Shown: positions 1 to 9,850 of the stretch, piece by piece
Layout of the letters: every line of letters starts with the position of its first letter
How positions within the stretch are numbered: position 1 is the first letter of the stretch
DNA from: an uncultured Bacteroidales bacterium
GTDB lineage: Bacteria > Bacteroidota > Bacteroidia > Bacteroidales > JALTDM01
Length of the DNA stretch: 48,254 nucleotides
Direction of reading: 5' to 3'
Assembly (NCBI GenBank): GCA_964393715.1
Contig: CAYMVE010000002.1
Coordinates: 1 to 48,254, forward strand
Program-made: the position numbers and the translations under genes
The notes under the pieces: model-generated
Told to the model about the DNA's origin: nothing
Databases searched by the model: none
The model's input: the letters and a program-made list of their open reading frames with translations, nothing else

Positions 1-335
1 TTTATAGTCATTTTCTTATCCTATTTTTTCTTGTAAATATAGGGTAATTTTAATTGTTCTCAAAATTTTATACGATTAGAAGATATTAACTGCTTTTTCC
101 TTCATAATCTCCTTACAAATATCCTATAAATTTTTCACTTCGGAAAAACAACCCCGTATTTTTGTTTACCACACACAATAACAGCATTAAAATCAACACC
201 TTTCGTTTACAAACCACAAGGTTTTCAAGATTGTCCGGATAGTTCCTCTCAGTATTCCGATACTCTTTGAAAAATAAAATTTATGGCACGGGAAATCATC
301 AAAAACATGACTGTCTGCAAATTGCTAAAAATAAT

Positions 336-343
336 TAACTTTG
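336..343 (+). promoter_or_regulatory. Candidate Bacteroidota sigma-A -7 box (TAACTTTG)
   Basis: Exact match to the TAnnTTTG consensus, 20 nt upstream of the GTG at 364. No good -33 TTTG element. Confidence 0.35.
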
Positions 344-363
344 TCGGTTGAAAAATCAACGCC

Positions 364-630
364 GTGACGAATTTGGCATTAGTTACCATAGCGGTTTTTG
401 TATTGAATATACCGTTCGGATATTGGCGCGGTAGGGTCAGAAAGTTTTCGTTACAATGGTTTTTGGCCGTACATTTGCCCGTACCCGGCGTTATTGCTTT
501 AAGATTTTTGGGAGGATTGGGTTTTCAATGGTTTACCTATCCGTTTTTGGTCGGAGCATTTTTTTTAGGCCAATTTGCCGGTGCCAAATTTGCCAAAAAG
601 AAAAAAGGAGGGCTTAGTGATGAAAGTTAA
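364..630 (+). CDS. Small hydrophobic membrane protein (88 aa, about 3 TM segments, lysine-rich tail), family not recognised
   Basis: ORF with a GTG start. It has hydrophobic segments separated by Arg/Lys residues. Its stop at 628-630 overlaps the corA ATG at 620. Confidence 0.5.
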   Translation: MTNLALVTIAVFVLNIPFGYWRGRVRKFSLQWFLAVHLPVPGVIALRFLGGLGFQWFTYPFLVGAFFLGQFAGAKFAKKKKGGLSDES

Positions 631-1570
631 TGTATATGTAAAAAAAGGAGAAAAGGTTCATGTTTACGACCATTTGAACCTTTCGGAAACAGACGGCAAA
701 ATATTGTGGATAGACTTGGAAGAGCCCGACGAACAGATAAAAGACCAATTGGAATTAAAGTACGATATCGACTTCCGATCCGACAAAGAAATTGTGGAAA
801 TCGAAGCAAGTTCCCGATACATCGAAGACGAAGACACGATAATAGCCAATACTAATTTTGCCACGCTCACCTCCGACGACAATTTTGACGCCGATATGGT
901 TTCCATGATTCTCAACAAAGACGGTATTCTGTTTACCATTAGAAAACGCTCATACAGACCGTTTTACAATACGGCTCGCAAGGTTCTTACCCTACCCAGA
1001 CTATTTAATAACGGCTATCAAATTTTGGTCACCCTTTTTGAAACCAGAGTAGATTACGAAGCCGACATGGTAGAGTTTATCACCAAAAAAATCGATAAAC
1101 TTTCAAAAGAAATAGTAACGGATGAAATAAACAACGAAATCTTAATGGACATTAAAGAACTGCAAGAAAAACAAATGCTGTTGCGAGAAAGTGTGATTGA
1201 CAAACAAAGGCTTGTATCGGCATTCCTCAAAAGCGAACTCTTGCCCAAAGAAAACATAGAAAAGTTACGCATCCTTATCAAGGATATTTCCTCCCTTATA
1301 GATTATTCAAAATTTAATTTTGAAAGACTTGAATATCTGCAAGATACTTTTCTCGGTTTGGTAAATATGGAACAAAACAAGATTATAAAAATCTTTACGG
1401 TGGTATCGGTAATATTTCTACCACCTACACTGATAGCAAGCATTTATGGCATGAATTTCAAAGTCATGCCCGAGTTGAGTTGGAAATTGGGATATCCTAT
1501 TTCGCTGGTATTAATGGTTGCTTCTTCAATAGGAACTTTGTGGTTTTTCAAGAAAAAAAACTGGCTGTAA
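620..1570 (+). CDS. corA: CorA-family magnesium/cobalt transporter
   Basis: YGMNF (GMN) signature followed by two C-terminal TM helices. About 316 aa counted from the ATG at 620. The ORF-track start at 575 is a TTG, and I consider the extension unlikely. Confidence 0.9.
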   Translation: MKVNVYVKKGEKVHVYDHLNLSETDGKILWIDLEEPDEQIKDQLELKYDIDFRSDKEIVEIEASSRYIEDEDTIIANTNFATLTSDDNFDADMVSMILNKDGILFTIRKRSYRPFYNTARKVLTLPRLFNNGYQILVTLFETRVDYEADMVEFITKKIDKLSKEIVTDEINNEILMDIKELQEKQMLLRESVIDKQRLVSAFLKSELLPKENIEKLRILIKDISSLIDYSKFNFERLEYLQDTFLGLVNMEQNKIIKIFTVVSVIFLPPTLIASIYGMNFKVMPELSWKLGYPISLVLMVASSIGTLWFFKKKNWL

Positions 1571-1596
1571 CGGCTGGTATTTCCAAGATGGATTCT

Positions 1597-1604
1597 TAAT
1601 TTTG
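1597..1604 (+). promoter_or_regulatory. Candidate -7 box (TAATTTTG) for der
   Basis: Exact TAnnTTTG, 24 nt upstream of the der ATG. Confidence 0.4.
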
Positions 1605-1628
1605 TAGCAATAGAAAAAAACTTAAAAA

Positions 1629-2942
1629 ATGGGCATCGTAGCAATTGTAGGAAGACCCAATGTGGGCAAATCTACCTTTTTTAACAGGTTGTACGGCGAA
1701 AGACTGGCAATCGTGGACGAAACCGAAGGAGTAACACGCGACAGGATATACGGAAAAACCGACTGGAACGGAATGGAATTTTCCATAATAGATACGGGAG
1801 GATACATTACCAATAGCGAAGACATTTTTGAGGCTGAAATACGCAAACAAGTAACATTGGCCGTAGAAGAAGCCGACTTGGTACTGTTTATGACGGATGT
1901 ACAAACGGGAATTACCGACATGGACATGGCCATAGCGGAAATGTTACGCAGGTCGGGTAAAAAAGTAATTGTAGCCGTAAATAAAGTGGACAATACAAAA
2001 TTGTTTTTTGACAGTAACGAATTTTACAGACTGGGATTTGACGAAGTATATCCTATTTCGTCCACCAACGGATCGGGTACCGGCGACTTGTTGGATGCCA
2101 TAACAGCATATTTTGAGACAAACCAAATCAAAGAACCGGAAGCATACCAAGAAGACATTCCCAAAGTTGCCTTTGTTGGACGTCCCAATGCCGGCAAATC
2201 GACACTGATAAACACCCTGTTGGGAGAAGAAAGAAACATCGTAACCGATATCCCCGGCACCACCAGAGATACCATAGATGCCATTTACAACAAATTCGGC
2301 CACCAATTTGTATTGGTAGATACTGCCGGCATACGCAAAAAAAGAAAAATATTCGACGATTTGGAGTTTTATTCGGTGGTTCGTTCGGTCAGAGCCATAG
2401 AACGGTCGGATGTAGCGGTATTAATCATTGATGTTACAATGGGAATAACCTCGCAAGACATGACAATTTTCAACATCATAAAAAAGAATCATAAAGGAGC
2501 CATTATTGTAATGAACAAATGGGACCTTGTGGACAAAGATCACAAAACCCTGGAAGAATATAAACAGGAACTGCTAAAAAAAATAGCCCCTTTTACCGAT
2601 GTTCCCGTGTTGTTTATTTCCGCTAAAAACAAAAAACGAATTTTTAAAGTAATCGAAGAAATAGAACGCGTTTACAAAAACAAACAAATCAAAATACCTA
2701 CCCACAAACTGAACGAAGTCATGTTGCCGCTTATTGAAGCAACTCCTCCACCCATGTACAAAGGAAAAAAAGTAAAAATAAAATATGTAACGCAACTTCC
2801 AAGCCGGTCGGTTTCTTTTGCCTTCTTTTGCAACCACCCGCAATATATCAAGGAGCCGTACAAAAGATTTTTGGAAAATAAATTGCGCGAAAACTTCGAA
2901 CTAACCGGTGTTCCGGTCAATATAATTTTAAGGGAAAAATAA
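1629..2942 (+). CDS. der: Ribosome-associated GTPase Der/EngA (two tandem GTPase domains plus a KH-like C-terminus)
   Basis: Two P-loops (GRPNVGKST and GRPNAGKST), two DTGG/DTAG motifs and two NKVD/NKWD motifs. Confidence 0.97.
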   Translation: MGIVAIVGRPNVGKSTFFNRLYGERLAIVDETEGVTRDRIYGKTDWNGMEFSIIDTGGYITNSEDIFEAEIRKQVTLAVEEADLVLFMTDVQTGITDMDMAIAEMLRRSGKKVIVAVNKVDNTKLFFDSNEFYRLGFDEVYPISSTNGSGTGDLLDAITAYFETNQIKEPEAYQEDIPKVAFVGRPNAGKSTLINTLLGEERNIVTDIPGTTRDTIDAIYNKFGHQFVLVDTAGIRKKRKIFDDLEFYSVVRSVRAIERSDVAVLIIDVTMGITSQDMTIFNIIKKNHKGAIIVMNKWDLVDKDHKTLEEYKQELLKKIAPFTDVPVLFISAKNKKRIFKVIEEIERVYKNKQIKIPTHKLNEVMLPLIEATPPPMYKGKKVKIKYVTQLPSRSVSFAFFCNHPQYIKEPYKRFLENKLRENFELTGVPVNIILREK

Positions 2943-3355
2943 TGGGACGGATTCTGGCCATCGACTACGGACTGAAACGCACCGGATTGGCGGTTACCGA
3001 TCCGCTCAAAATCATAGCCTCACCGCTAACAACTATCCATACCGCTACGGTTTTTGAGTTTATAAAACAATATACGGCCAAAGAAAATGTTGAAAAAATA
3101 ATAGTCGGTTTCCCTTATTATAAAGAAGGAGAAACTACGGAATGGCAGAAAAAAATCATTAATTTTGCCGATGAATTAAAAACCTTGACGGGCATAGCCG
3201 TGGAATTGTATGACGAAAGTTATACCTCCCGATTAGCAGTACAGGCTATGGTGCAAGGTAATATGAAAAAAAAGGACAGAAAAAAGAAAGAAAATATTGA
3301 CAAATTGAGCGCAACCATATTGTTGCAAGATTATTTAAATTCGTTGCAATTATGA
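2942..3355 (+). CDS. ruvX: Putative pre-16S rRNA nuclease / Holliday junction resolvase-like protein RuvX (YqgF)
   Basis: N-terminus ILAIDYGLKRTGLAV is typical of the YqgF family. 137 aa. TAATG overlap with der. Confidence 0.9.
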   Translation: MGRILAIDYGLKRTGLAVTDPLKIIASPLTTIHTATVFEFIKQYTAKENVEKIIVGFPYYKEGETTEWQKKIINFADELKTLTGIAVELYDESYTSRLAVQAMVQGNMKKKDRKKKENIDKLSATILLQDYLNSLQL

Positions 3356-3915
3356 TTTTACCCATAGCCATATACGGAAACCCGGTACTAAGAAAAGTTG
3401 CCGAGGAAATAGACAAAGATTATCCGGAATTGCAAACATTAATTGACAACATGTTTGAAACCATGTACCAGTCCGAAGGAGTAGGATTGGCAGCACCGCA
3501 AGTAAACAAATCTATCAGACTGTTTGTTATTGACGCATCACCGTATGGTGACGAAGAACCGGCACTCAAAGATTTTAAAAAAGTCTTTATTAATGCGCAA
3601 ATTCTGGAAAAAAGCCACGAAATGCAATCATTCAACGAAGGATGCCTGAGCCTGCCGGGAATAAGAGAAGATGTAAAACGACATTTAAAAATAAAAATGC
3701 GTTATTACGACGAAAACTTCGAACTACACGAAGAAGTGTTTGAAGGTACGCCTGCCGTGATTATTCAGCACGAATACGACCATACCGACGGAATCTTGTT
3801 TATAGACCGTTTGTCTTCCCTCAAACGCAGACTTTTGCGTAATAAACTAAAAGCCATAGAAGAAAACAAGGTAAGAGTAAATTATAAAATCATACCCAAC
3901 AAAAAAGTCAGATAA
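3352..3915 (+). CDS. def: Peptide deformylase
   Basis: GVGLAAPQ, EGCLSLPG and QHEYDHTDG (HExxH) motifs. ATGA overlap with ruvX. Confidence 0.95.
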   Translation: MILPIAIYGNPVLRKVAEEIDKDYPELQTLIDNMFETMYQSEGVGLAAPQVNKSIRLFVIDASPYGDEEPALKDFKKVFINAQILEKSHEMQSFNEGCLSLPGIREDVKRHLKIKMRYYDENFELHEEVFEGTPAVIIQHEYDHTDGILFIDRLSSLKRRLLRNKLKAIEENKVRVNYKIIPNKKVR

Positions 3916-4487
3916 TGAAACGATGTATCAATTTTTTAGGAATAGTGGCTATCATATTCCTTTTTTCTTGTTCGGGAGAAAACAATACGGAAAAATCCGG
4001 AACACAAGATACCGCTACCGTTACAACGGAGAAGAAATCGCCTTATGAAAAAACCAACTTGTCTGCACACATAAAAGAACTGGAAAGCAAAATTACCGAC
4101 ACGGCACAAATTAACCGTGGTGTCGCCATGGACCTTATGTTGTCCTATGCCAAATACGCCACATTATATCCCAACGATTCGGCAAGTGCCGAATACTTGT
4201 ACAAAGCCGGGGATATAGCCAGAAGTATAGGCGAAGGACGCAATGCCGTAAATTACTACAAACGAATACTGAACGACTACCCTAACTATAAAAAGAGAGC
4301 CATTACTATGTTTATGCTTGCCTTTACTTATGAAAACATTATGAACGATACGGCAAACGCACGAAGATATTATACGGAATTTGTCAAAGATTATCCGAAG
4401 CATGAATTTGCCGACGATGCACGACAATTACTAAAATTCTTGGGCAAAAACCCCGAAACCATAGTAAAACAGTTTGAAAAAAAATAA
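3915..4487 (+). CDS. TPR-repeat lipoprotein (YbgF/BamD-like fold), function unknown
   Basis: Signal peptide with lipobox LFSCS. TPR-like YYKRILNDYPNY and YYTEFVKDYPKHEF repeats. TAATG overlap with def. Confidence 0.75.
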   Translation: MKRCINFLGIVAIIFLFSCSGENNTEKSGTQDTATVTTEKKSPYEKTNLSAHIKELESKITDTAQINRGVAMDLMLSYAKYATLYPNDSASAEYLYKAGDIARSIGEGRNAVNYYKRILNDYPNYKKRAITMFMLAFTYENIMNDTANARRYYTEFVKDYPKHEFADDARQLLKFLGKNPETIVKQFEKK

Positions 4488-4502
4488 CCTTTCAATTGCT
4501 TG

Positions 4503-5582
4503 ATGCTAAAAAAGATAGACCTATACATAATCAGAAAATTTTTATTTACTTTTTTTCTCTCCATAGTTCTGATAATGATTATCACGGTAGTGTTTGACAT
4601 TACCGAAAAATTGGAAGATTTTGTAGAAAAACAAGCTACCGTAAAATCCATTATTTTCGATTACTACATTTATTTTATTCCGTATTTCGCCAATATGTTC
4701 AGTCCTCTGTTTGTGTTTATCTCCGTAGTGTTTTTTACTTCACGAATGGCATACAACAACGAATTTATAGCCATGCTAAGTGCCGGAATCAGCTTCAAAC
4801 GCTTGATGTGGCCTTATTTTTTAGCAGCATTTATTCTCACATCCCTTTCTTTTTATTTGGGAAATTTTGTAATACCCAAAGCCAATTTACACCGGTTAGA
4901 GTTTGAAGACCGCTATGTTCACAATTCGTTTGTATATAAAGACCATAATGTTTACAAACAAATAAGACCCGGTATATACATGTATTTCGAAGCCTACTCT
5001 GCCAGCACCAATACCGCCTATAAATTTTCAATGGAACGCTTTCGCAACGACTCACTGGTTTACAAACTTACATCCTCGTTTATGAGATGGGATTCGACCC
5101 TAAATAAATGGTCTGTTTACAATTATTTAGAAAGACATTTTTACGGCATCAAAGAAAAATTACAAACCGGCCAACGAAAAGATACCTCATTAGTCTTTAC
5201 TCCGGACGATTTTCACAAAAGGGAAAACATTGTAGAAGCCATGACTCTCCCGGAAATAAACAATTATATCCAAAATCTGATTATGCAAGGTGACCCCAAA
5301 GTGGAAAAAGTCAAAGCCTTTAAGCACCAACGCATGGCCATGCCCTTTTCAACATTCATACTAACGCTGATAGGAGTATCCTTATCATCAAGAAAAGTAA
5401 GAGGCGGAAGCGGATTGCATGTAGGTATCGGAATAGCACTCAGCTTTACTTATATATTTCTGATGCAAATAGCCAGCAACATAGCCTTGGGAACAGGTAT
5501 GAATGTCATTCTGGGCGTATGGATTCCCAACATTATTTTTTCATTTATTGCCATTTACCTTTACCGAAAAGCACCGAAGTAA
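4503..5582 (+). CDS. LptF/LptG (YjgP/YjgQ) family LPS export permease
   Basis: N-terminus LKKIDLYIIRKFLFTF. Three TM helices, a large periplasmic insert, then three more TM helices. ATG at 4503, one codon after the ORF-track TTG. Confidence 0.85.
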   Translation: MLKKIDLYIIRKFLFTFFLSIVLIMIITVVFDITEKLEDFVEKQATVKSIIFDYYIYFIPYFANMFSPLFVFISVVFFTSRMAYNNEFIAMLSAGISFKRLMWPYFLAAFILTSLSFYLGNFVIPKANLHRLEFEDRYVHNSFVYKDHNVYKQIRPGIYMYFEAYSASTNTAYKFSMERFRNDSLVYKLTSSFMRWDSTLNKWSVYNYLERHFYGIKEKLQTGQRKDTSLVFTPDDFHKRENIVEAMTLPEINNYIQNLIMQGDPKVEKVKAFKHQRMAMPFSTFILTLIGVSLSSRKVRGGSGLHVGIGIALSFTYIFLMQIASNIALGTGMNVILGVWIPNIIFSFIAIYLYRKAPK

Positions 5583-5663
5583 AATAAACTATTGCGAAAA
5601 ACAAGCTGTTTGAAATTTTGTTTATATTTTCGTCAGCTGAAAACTTGTTGAAAAACCACATAC

Positions 5664-6839
5664 ATGAACATCAGTAAATTGGGACGCTCAATAGCAGAAT
5701 CTACCACGCTGAAACTAAACGAAACTTTCGGCATATTAAAGGCCCAAGGAGAATCGGTAATTCATTTGGGCGGCGGAGAACCTTTCGGAAAAGCACCGCA
5801 AGAAGCCATAGAGCTTGCCAACAACCTTTTGCAAACGGGAGTAGTAAGGTATTCCCCTTCGGCAGGAACCAAAGAGCTCCGGGAAGCAATCTGCAACTAC
5901 ACGGAAAATTTTTACGGCATCAAACCCGGAATAAAAAATGTTATTGTTTCAACCGGTGCCAAACAAGCACTACTTATAGCCTTACAAACCATAGTAAACC
6001 CCGGAGAAGAAGTGCTGTTCGCGGCACCTTACTGGGTCAGTTATCCGGAAATGGTCAAATTGGCATCCGGTACCCCGACTTATTTCATACCGGAATCAAA
6101 GAATTTTATTCCCACCATAGAAGAATTTGAAAAGAACATCACCGACAAAACACGGGCCATCCTCATAAACAGTCCTAACAACCCAACAGGAGTCATGTAT
6201 CCGGAAGCCTTGATAAAAGATTTGGTGGCACTAACAGCCGAAAAAGGTATCTATCTGATAACGGACGACATCTATCACCGTTTGATTTTTGACGGCAAAC
6301 AACATCCTTCCGTACTAAAATATGCTCCTGTTTCCGACCATACACATGTTATTGTCATAAACGGAATATCAAAAACTTATGCGATGACAGGTTTCCGAAT
6401 CGGTTGGGCGATAGCTGCTCCAGAACTGGTCAAAGTAATGGTAAACATCCAGAGTCACCAAACCGGAGGCCCGTCACCATTATTACAAAAAGCAGCACTC
6501 GGTGCCATAACCGGAAAGCAGACCGGAGTCGACACGCTGCGAAGCACTTTGGAAACCAATCGGAATCTGATGGTAGATTGGTTGTCGGCATTGGAAAAAG
6601 TAAAGGTAGTGAAACCGGACGGTACATTTTACATGTATGTTGATTTTTCGGCTTATGAACCCGACTCAATGAAACTTTCGGCATTCTTGCTCGAAAAAGC
6701 AAAAGTACTGACTATGCCCGGTAAAGCCTTTGGAATGGACGGCCATTTAAGACTGTCTTTCTGTAGTAGTGCCGATGATATTCAAGAAGGAATAGATAGA
6801 ATCGTACGAGTTTTGAAAAAATCCGGATCAGTCAAATAA
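5664..6839 (+). CDS. Class I/II pyridoxal-phosphate aminotransferase (aspartate/aromatic type)
   Basis: NSPNNPTG motif and PLP-lysine motif SKTYAMTGFRIGW. Confidence 0.9.
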   Translation: MNISKLGRSIAESTTLKLNETFGILKAQGESVIHLGGGEPFGKAPQEAIELANNLLQTGVVRYSPSAGTKELREAICNYTENFYGIKPGIKNVIVSTGAKQALLIALQTIVNPGEEVLFAAPYWVSYPEMVKLASGTPTYFIPESKNFIPTIEEFEKNITDKTRAILINSPNNPTGVMYPEALIKDLVALTAEKGIYLITDDIYHRLIFDGKQHPSVLKYAPVSDHTHVIVINGISKTYAMTGFRIGWAIAAPELVKVMVNIQSHQTGGPSPLLQKAALGAITGKQTGVDTLRSTLETNRNLMVDWLSALEKVKVVKPDGTFYMYVDFSAYEPDSMKLSAFLLEKAKVLTMPGKAFGMDGHLRLSFCSSADDIQEGIDRIVRVLKKSGSVK

Positions 6840-6907
6840 AAGGAGGAAAAACTAAAAATCCATTTCATACACAATTTTAACAAATATTTTTCGTTACTTT
6901 ACTAAAA

Positions 6908-7594
6908 ATGGGCTGGCGGAATATCCTATTATTATTTCTAATGGTGGCAGGACTTGTGACAAAATCGCAAGACACCATTAAATTTTACAGGTTTACTACG
7001 GCCAAATATGCAGATGTAATTATTTATAACGACAGCGTAACCAAAAAGGTCTTTTACAATTTTTTCGGAAAAAAAACCGATGAGTACACTTACTTGTACG
7101 ATTATTTGCACGGAGAAGCCAAAGGATGGTACCCGAACGGCAATATAAAGTTCAAAGGCCGTTTTTTCCTTAACCAAAAAGACGGCAAGTGGTACTACTG
7201 GTACAAAAACGGTAAAACCGAAGCCATAGAAATCTATGACAAAGGAAAAGCAACCGGCACTTGGCTCACATGGTACAGAAGTGGAAAACTATTATCCCGA
7301 AAAAGTTTCATAGACGACAAACTTTTTGGCGAATATGTCATTTTTTATGAAAATGAAAAACCCGAAATACGAGCATATTATAAAAACGATACACTGAACG
7401 GAATATATACGGAATATTATTCAAACGGCAACAAAAGATATGAAGTCTATTACAAAAACGGAACACCCACTGGAGTAGAAAAAGAATGGTATTCCAACGG
7501 ACGAATGACTTTGGAAACTATCAACAAACTTGATTCGGCCAAAGAAGCGGCTGCCGGGAAAGACAGTCTGATTTTGCCGTTTAATAAAAAATAA
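6908..7594 (+). CDS. Secreted MORN-variant repeat protein (YwqK-like repeats)
   Basis: N-terminal signal peptide. Repeated G-W-Y-NG motifs (GWYPNGNIKFKG, KWYYWYKNGK, TEYYSNGNKRYE, EWYSNGRM). Confidence 0.75.
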   Translation: MGWRNILLLFLMVAGLVTKSQDTIKFYRFTTAKYADVIIYNDSVTKKVFYNFFGKKTDEYTYLYDYLHGEAKGWYPNGNIKFKGRFFLNQKDGKWYYWYKNGKTEAIEIYDKGKATGTWLTWYRSGKLLSRKSFIDDKLFGEYVIFYENEKPEIRAYYKNDTLNGIYTEYYSNGNKRYEVYYKNGTPTGVEKEWYSNGRMTLETINKLDSAKEAAAGKDSLILPFNKK

Positions 7595-7671
7595 AACAAA
7601 CGAAACTTTTTGGCGTTTCATTCGTATAAGGTAAACATTTTGCAAAAATAAAATCAAATAAACAAAAGACT

Positions 7672-8532
7672 ATGAGGCAATTAAAAATCACCAAATCCAT
7701 CACCAACAGAGAAAGCGCTTCACTAGACAAGTATTTGCAAGATATCGGGAAAGAACCTCTTATTACAGTAGAAGAAGAAGTGGAATTGGCCCAAAGAATA
7801 AAAAAGGGTGACAAAGCCGCTTTGGAAAAACTGGTAAGAGCCAATTTGCGATTCGTTGTTTCGGTAGCCAAACAATATCAAAATCAGGGTCTCAGCCTTT
7901 CCGACCTTATTAATGAAGGTAATCTGGGACTTATCAAAGCTGCCGAAAAATTTGACGAAACCCGCGGCTTCAAATTCATCTCTTATGCAGTATGGTGGAT
8001 TAGACAATCCATATTGCAAGCACTGGCAGAACAATCAAGAATTGTCAGGTTGCCGCTAAATCAAGTAGGAGCATTGAATAAACTGAATAAAGAAATCTCT
8101 AAATTTGAACAGGAAAACGAAAGGGCTCCGTCCATAGAAGAAGTGGCCGGTAGTCTGGAAATGCCTAAAGAAAAAGTAGCCGACACTCTAAGAGTAGCCG
8201 GAAAACATGTTTCGGTAGATGCTCCGTTCCAAGAAGGTGAAGACAATACCTTGCTCGATGTATTGCCTAATACCACCACCCCCAAAACCGATAACCAACT
8301 TATGTACGAATCGCTCCGTAAAGAAATTGACAGAACATTGGAAACATTGAGCGAAAGAGAACAACAAATAATACGCATGTTTTTCGGTTTGGACGGAAAA
8401 GAAATGACATTGGAAGAAATCGGTCAAAAATTCGGACTAACCAGAGAAAGAGTAAGACAAATCAAAGAAAAAGCCATCAGAAGATTGAGGCATGTGTCCA
8501 AGAACAAACTGTTAAAATCGTATCTGGGATAA
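7672..8532 (+). CDS. rpoD: Primary RNA polymerase sigma factor (Bacteroidota short SigA/RpoD)
   Basis: Regions 1.2 to 4 are readable: [33 protein letters not shown] and [19 protein letters not shown]. 286 aa, the length typical of the phylum. Confidence 0.95.
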   Translation: MRQLKITKSITNRESASLDKYLQDIGKEPLITVEEEVELAQRIKKGDKAALEKLVRANLRFVVSVAKQYQNQGLSLSDLINEGNLGLIKAAEKFDETRGFKFISYAVWWIRQSILQALAEQSRIVRLPLNQVGALNKLNKEISKFEQENERAPSIEEVAGSLEMPKEKVADTLRVAGKHVSVDAPFQEGEDNTLLDVLPNTTTPKTDNQLMYESLRKEIDRTLETLSEREQQIIRMFFGLDGKEMTLEEIGQKFGLTRERVRQIKEKAIRRLRHVSKNKLLKSYLG

Positions 8533-8536
8533 ATTT

Positions 8537-9394
8537 ATGACCCCAATAAGTTTCGGAGATTTCCCGCCACAATATAAAAAAAGGGCTACTTCCCAAGTAG
8601 CCCTTTTGCCTATTGCTTACGACGCAACAAGTACTTGGAAGAAAGGAGCGGACAAAGGTCCGGAAGCATTGCTTGCTGCATCCCAAGCATTAGAATGGTT
8701 CGACAGAGAAACGGAATCCGAACCTTTCCGGGTAGGCATTTATACCCACGAAATAATAAAAGATTTTTCTTCTCCCTCTTTTATGGTATCTACCATTAAA
8801 AAAAAAGCACAAAACATCCTGCAAGAAGGAAAACTTTATGTCGGCATAGGAGGTGAACATTCGGTAAGTATCGGTGCCATTTATGCAGCCGCCGCTATTT
8901 TTAATCCATTGACGGTAGTTCAGATAGACGCTCATGGCGACTTACGGGACAGGTACCACGGCAGTAAGTATAATCATGCTTGCGTAATGGCAAGAGCAGC
9001 CGAAGTGGCGGAAACGGTACAAATAGGCATTCGTAGTTTTGACCGGTGTGAATACAACAAAATGAAGCTTTCCAAAGTGTTCTTTGCCGAAGACATTTAC
9101 GATAATGACCTTTGGATAGAAAAAGCCGTACAAAGCATTCCGACAAACAATGTATTTCTCACAATAGATTTGGATGGGTTCGATCCCTCTATATTGCCGG
9201 CAACAGGCACCCCGGAACCGGGAGGATTAAATTGGTACGGTGCGTTGAAATTTTTCAAAAAACTTTTCGAGGAAAAAAATGTGATTGGATTTGATGTGGT
9301 GGAACTGTGTCCGAATGAAACTTCCGCTTCTTCCGAATTCTTAGCGGCAAAACTGGTATATAAACTGATTGGTTATAAATTTTTCATAAAATAA
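8537..9394 (+). CDS. speB: Agmatinase / ureohydrolase (arginase family)
   Basis: Mn-binding motifs GGEHS, DAHGDLRD and TIDLDGFDP. Starts 4 nt after the rpoD stop. Confidence 0.85.
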   Translation: MTPISFGDFPPQYKKRATSQVALLPIAYDATSTWKKGADKGPEALLAASQALEWFDRETESEPFRVGIYTHEIIKDFSSPSFMVSTIKKKAQNILQEGKLYVGIGGEHSVSIGAIYAAAAIFNPLTVVQIDAHGDLRDRYHGSKYNHACVMARAAEVAETVQIGIRSFDRCEYNKMKLSKVFFAEDIYDNDLWIEKAVQSIPTNNVFLTIDLDGFDPSILPATGTPEPGGLNWYGALKFFKKLFEEKNVIGFDVVELCPNETSASSEFLAAKLVYKLIGYKFFIK

Positions 9395-9455
9395 AAACCT
9401 CCTTCTTGCCCCATCGCAAAAAGGAAGTTTTCTCAAAATATTTCAAAAGTCTAAA

Positions 9456-9833
9456 TTAGACTTCAACCTCTATCATTTCAAAAGGCACATTAATGATAGA
9501 TTGGTAATCTTCTCCCGCCTCCAGCATATCTTCGTCATCTTCTTCGTAGTACCATTTAATAAGCACATCATACCCTTTTTGCTTGATGCTTTCCAGTTTT
9601 TTAAATAAGTCTAAAATACATTTGGAAGAACTGGTATTGAAATACTCTAACTGAACATGTACTTCCGTTTTTTCTTGCGGATTGTTTTCATATTGTTCCA
9701 ACCAGTCCATCAGCGGCTTGTAAAACTCAATGGAGTTTTCGGGAATGGAACGACCTTTAAGTTCCAAAACACCACTAGGGTCAAATTTTACTGTGGGAGT
9801 TTTCGGTGTGCCTTCTATTTCTATTCTTTCCAT
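9456..9833 (-). CDS. SiaC-like (DUF1987) regulatory phospho-acceptor protein
   Basis: 125 aa. N-terminus IEGTPKTPTVKFD. Conserved YFNTSSSK segment and acidic WYYEEDDEDMLE tail, as in DUF1987/SiaC proteins. Confidence 0.75.
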   Translation of the reverse strand: MERIEIEGTPKTPTVKFDPSGVLELKGRSIPENSIEFYKPLMDWLEQYENNPQEKTEVHVQLEYFNTSSSKCILDLFKKLESIKQKGYDVLIKWYYEEDDEDMLEAGEDYQSIINVPFEMIEVEV

Positions 9834-9850
9834 AATCCTTGTTTTTTGAA

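Noticed and set aside
1-363. A possible ncRNA or truncated gene in the 363-nt leading non-coding stretch.
   Set aside because: There are no recognisable RNA family features, only weak AT-rich hairpins. A CAT at 9-11 could be a minus-strand start running off the window, but that cannot be supported from 11 nt.
6908-7594. A possible toxin-antitoxin component, because MORN-variant repeat proteins are often labelled YwqK antitoxin.
   Set aside because: The protein has a signal peptide. No toxin-like partner gene is adjacent (aminotransferase upstream, rpoD downstream). The repeat family is widespread in secreted Bacteroidota proteins.
9395-9455. A terminator between the convergent speB and SiaC-like genes.
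   Set aside because: Only a 6-bp stem with a G-U pair (CTTCTT/AGGAAG) and a 14-nt loop can be drawn. That is too weak to call.
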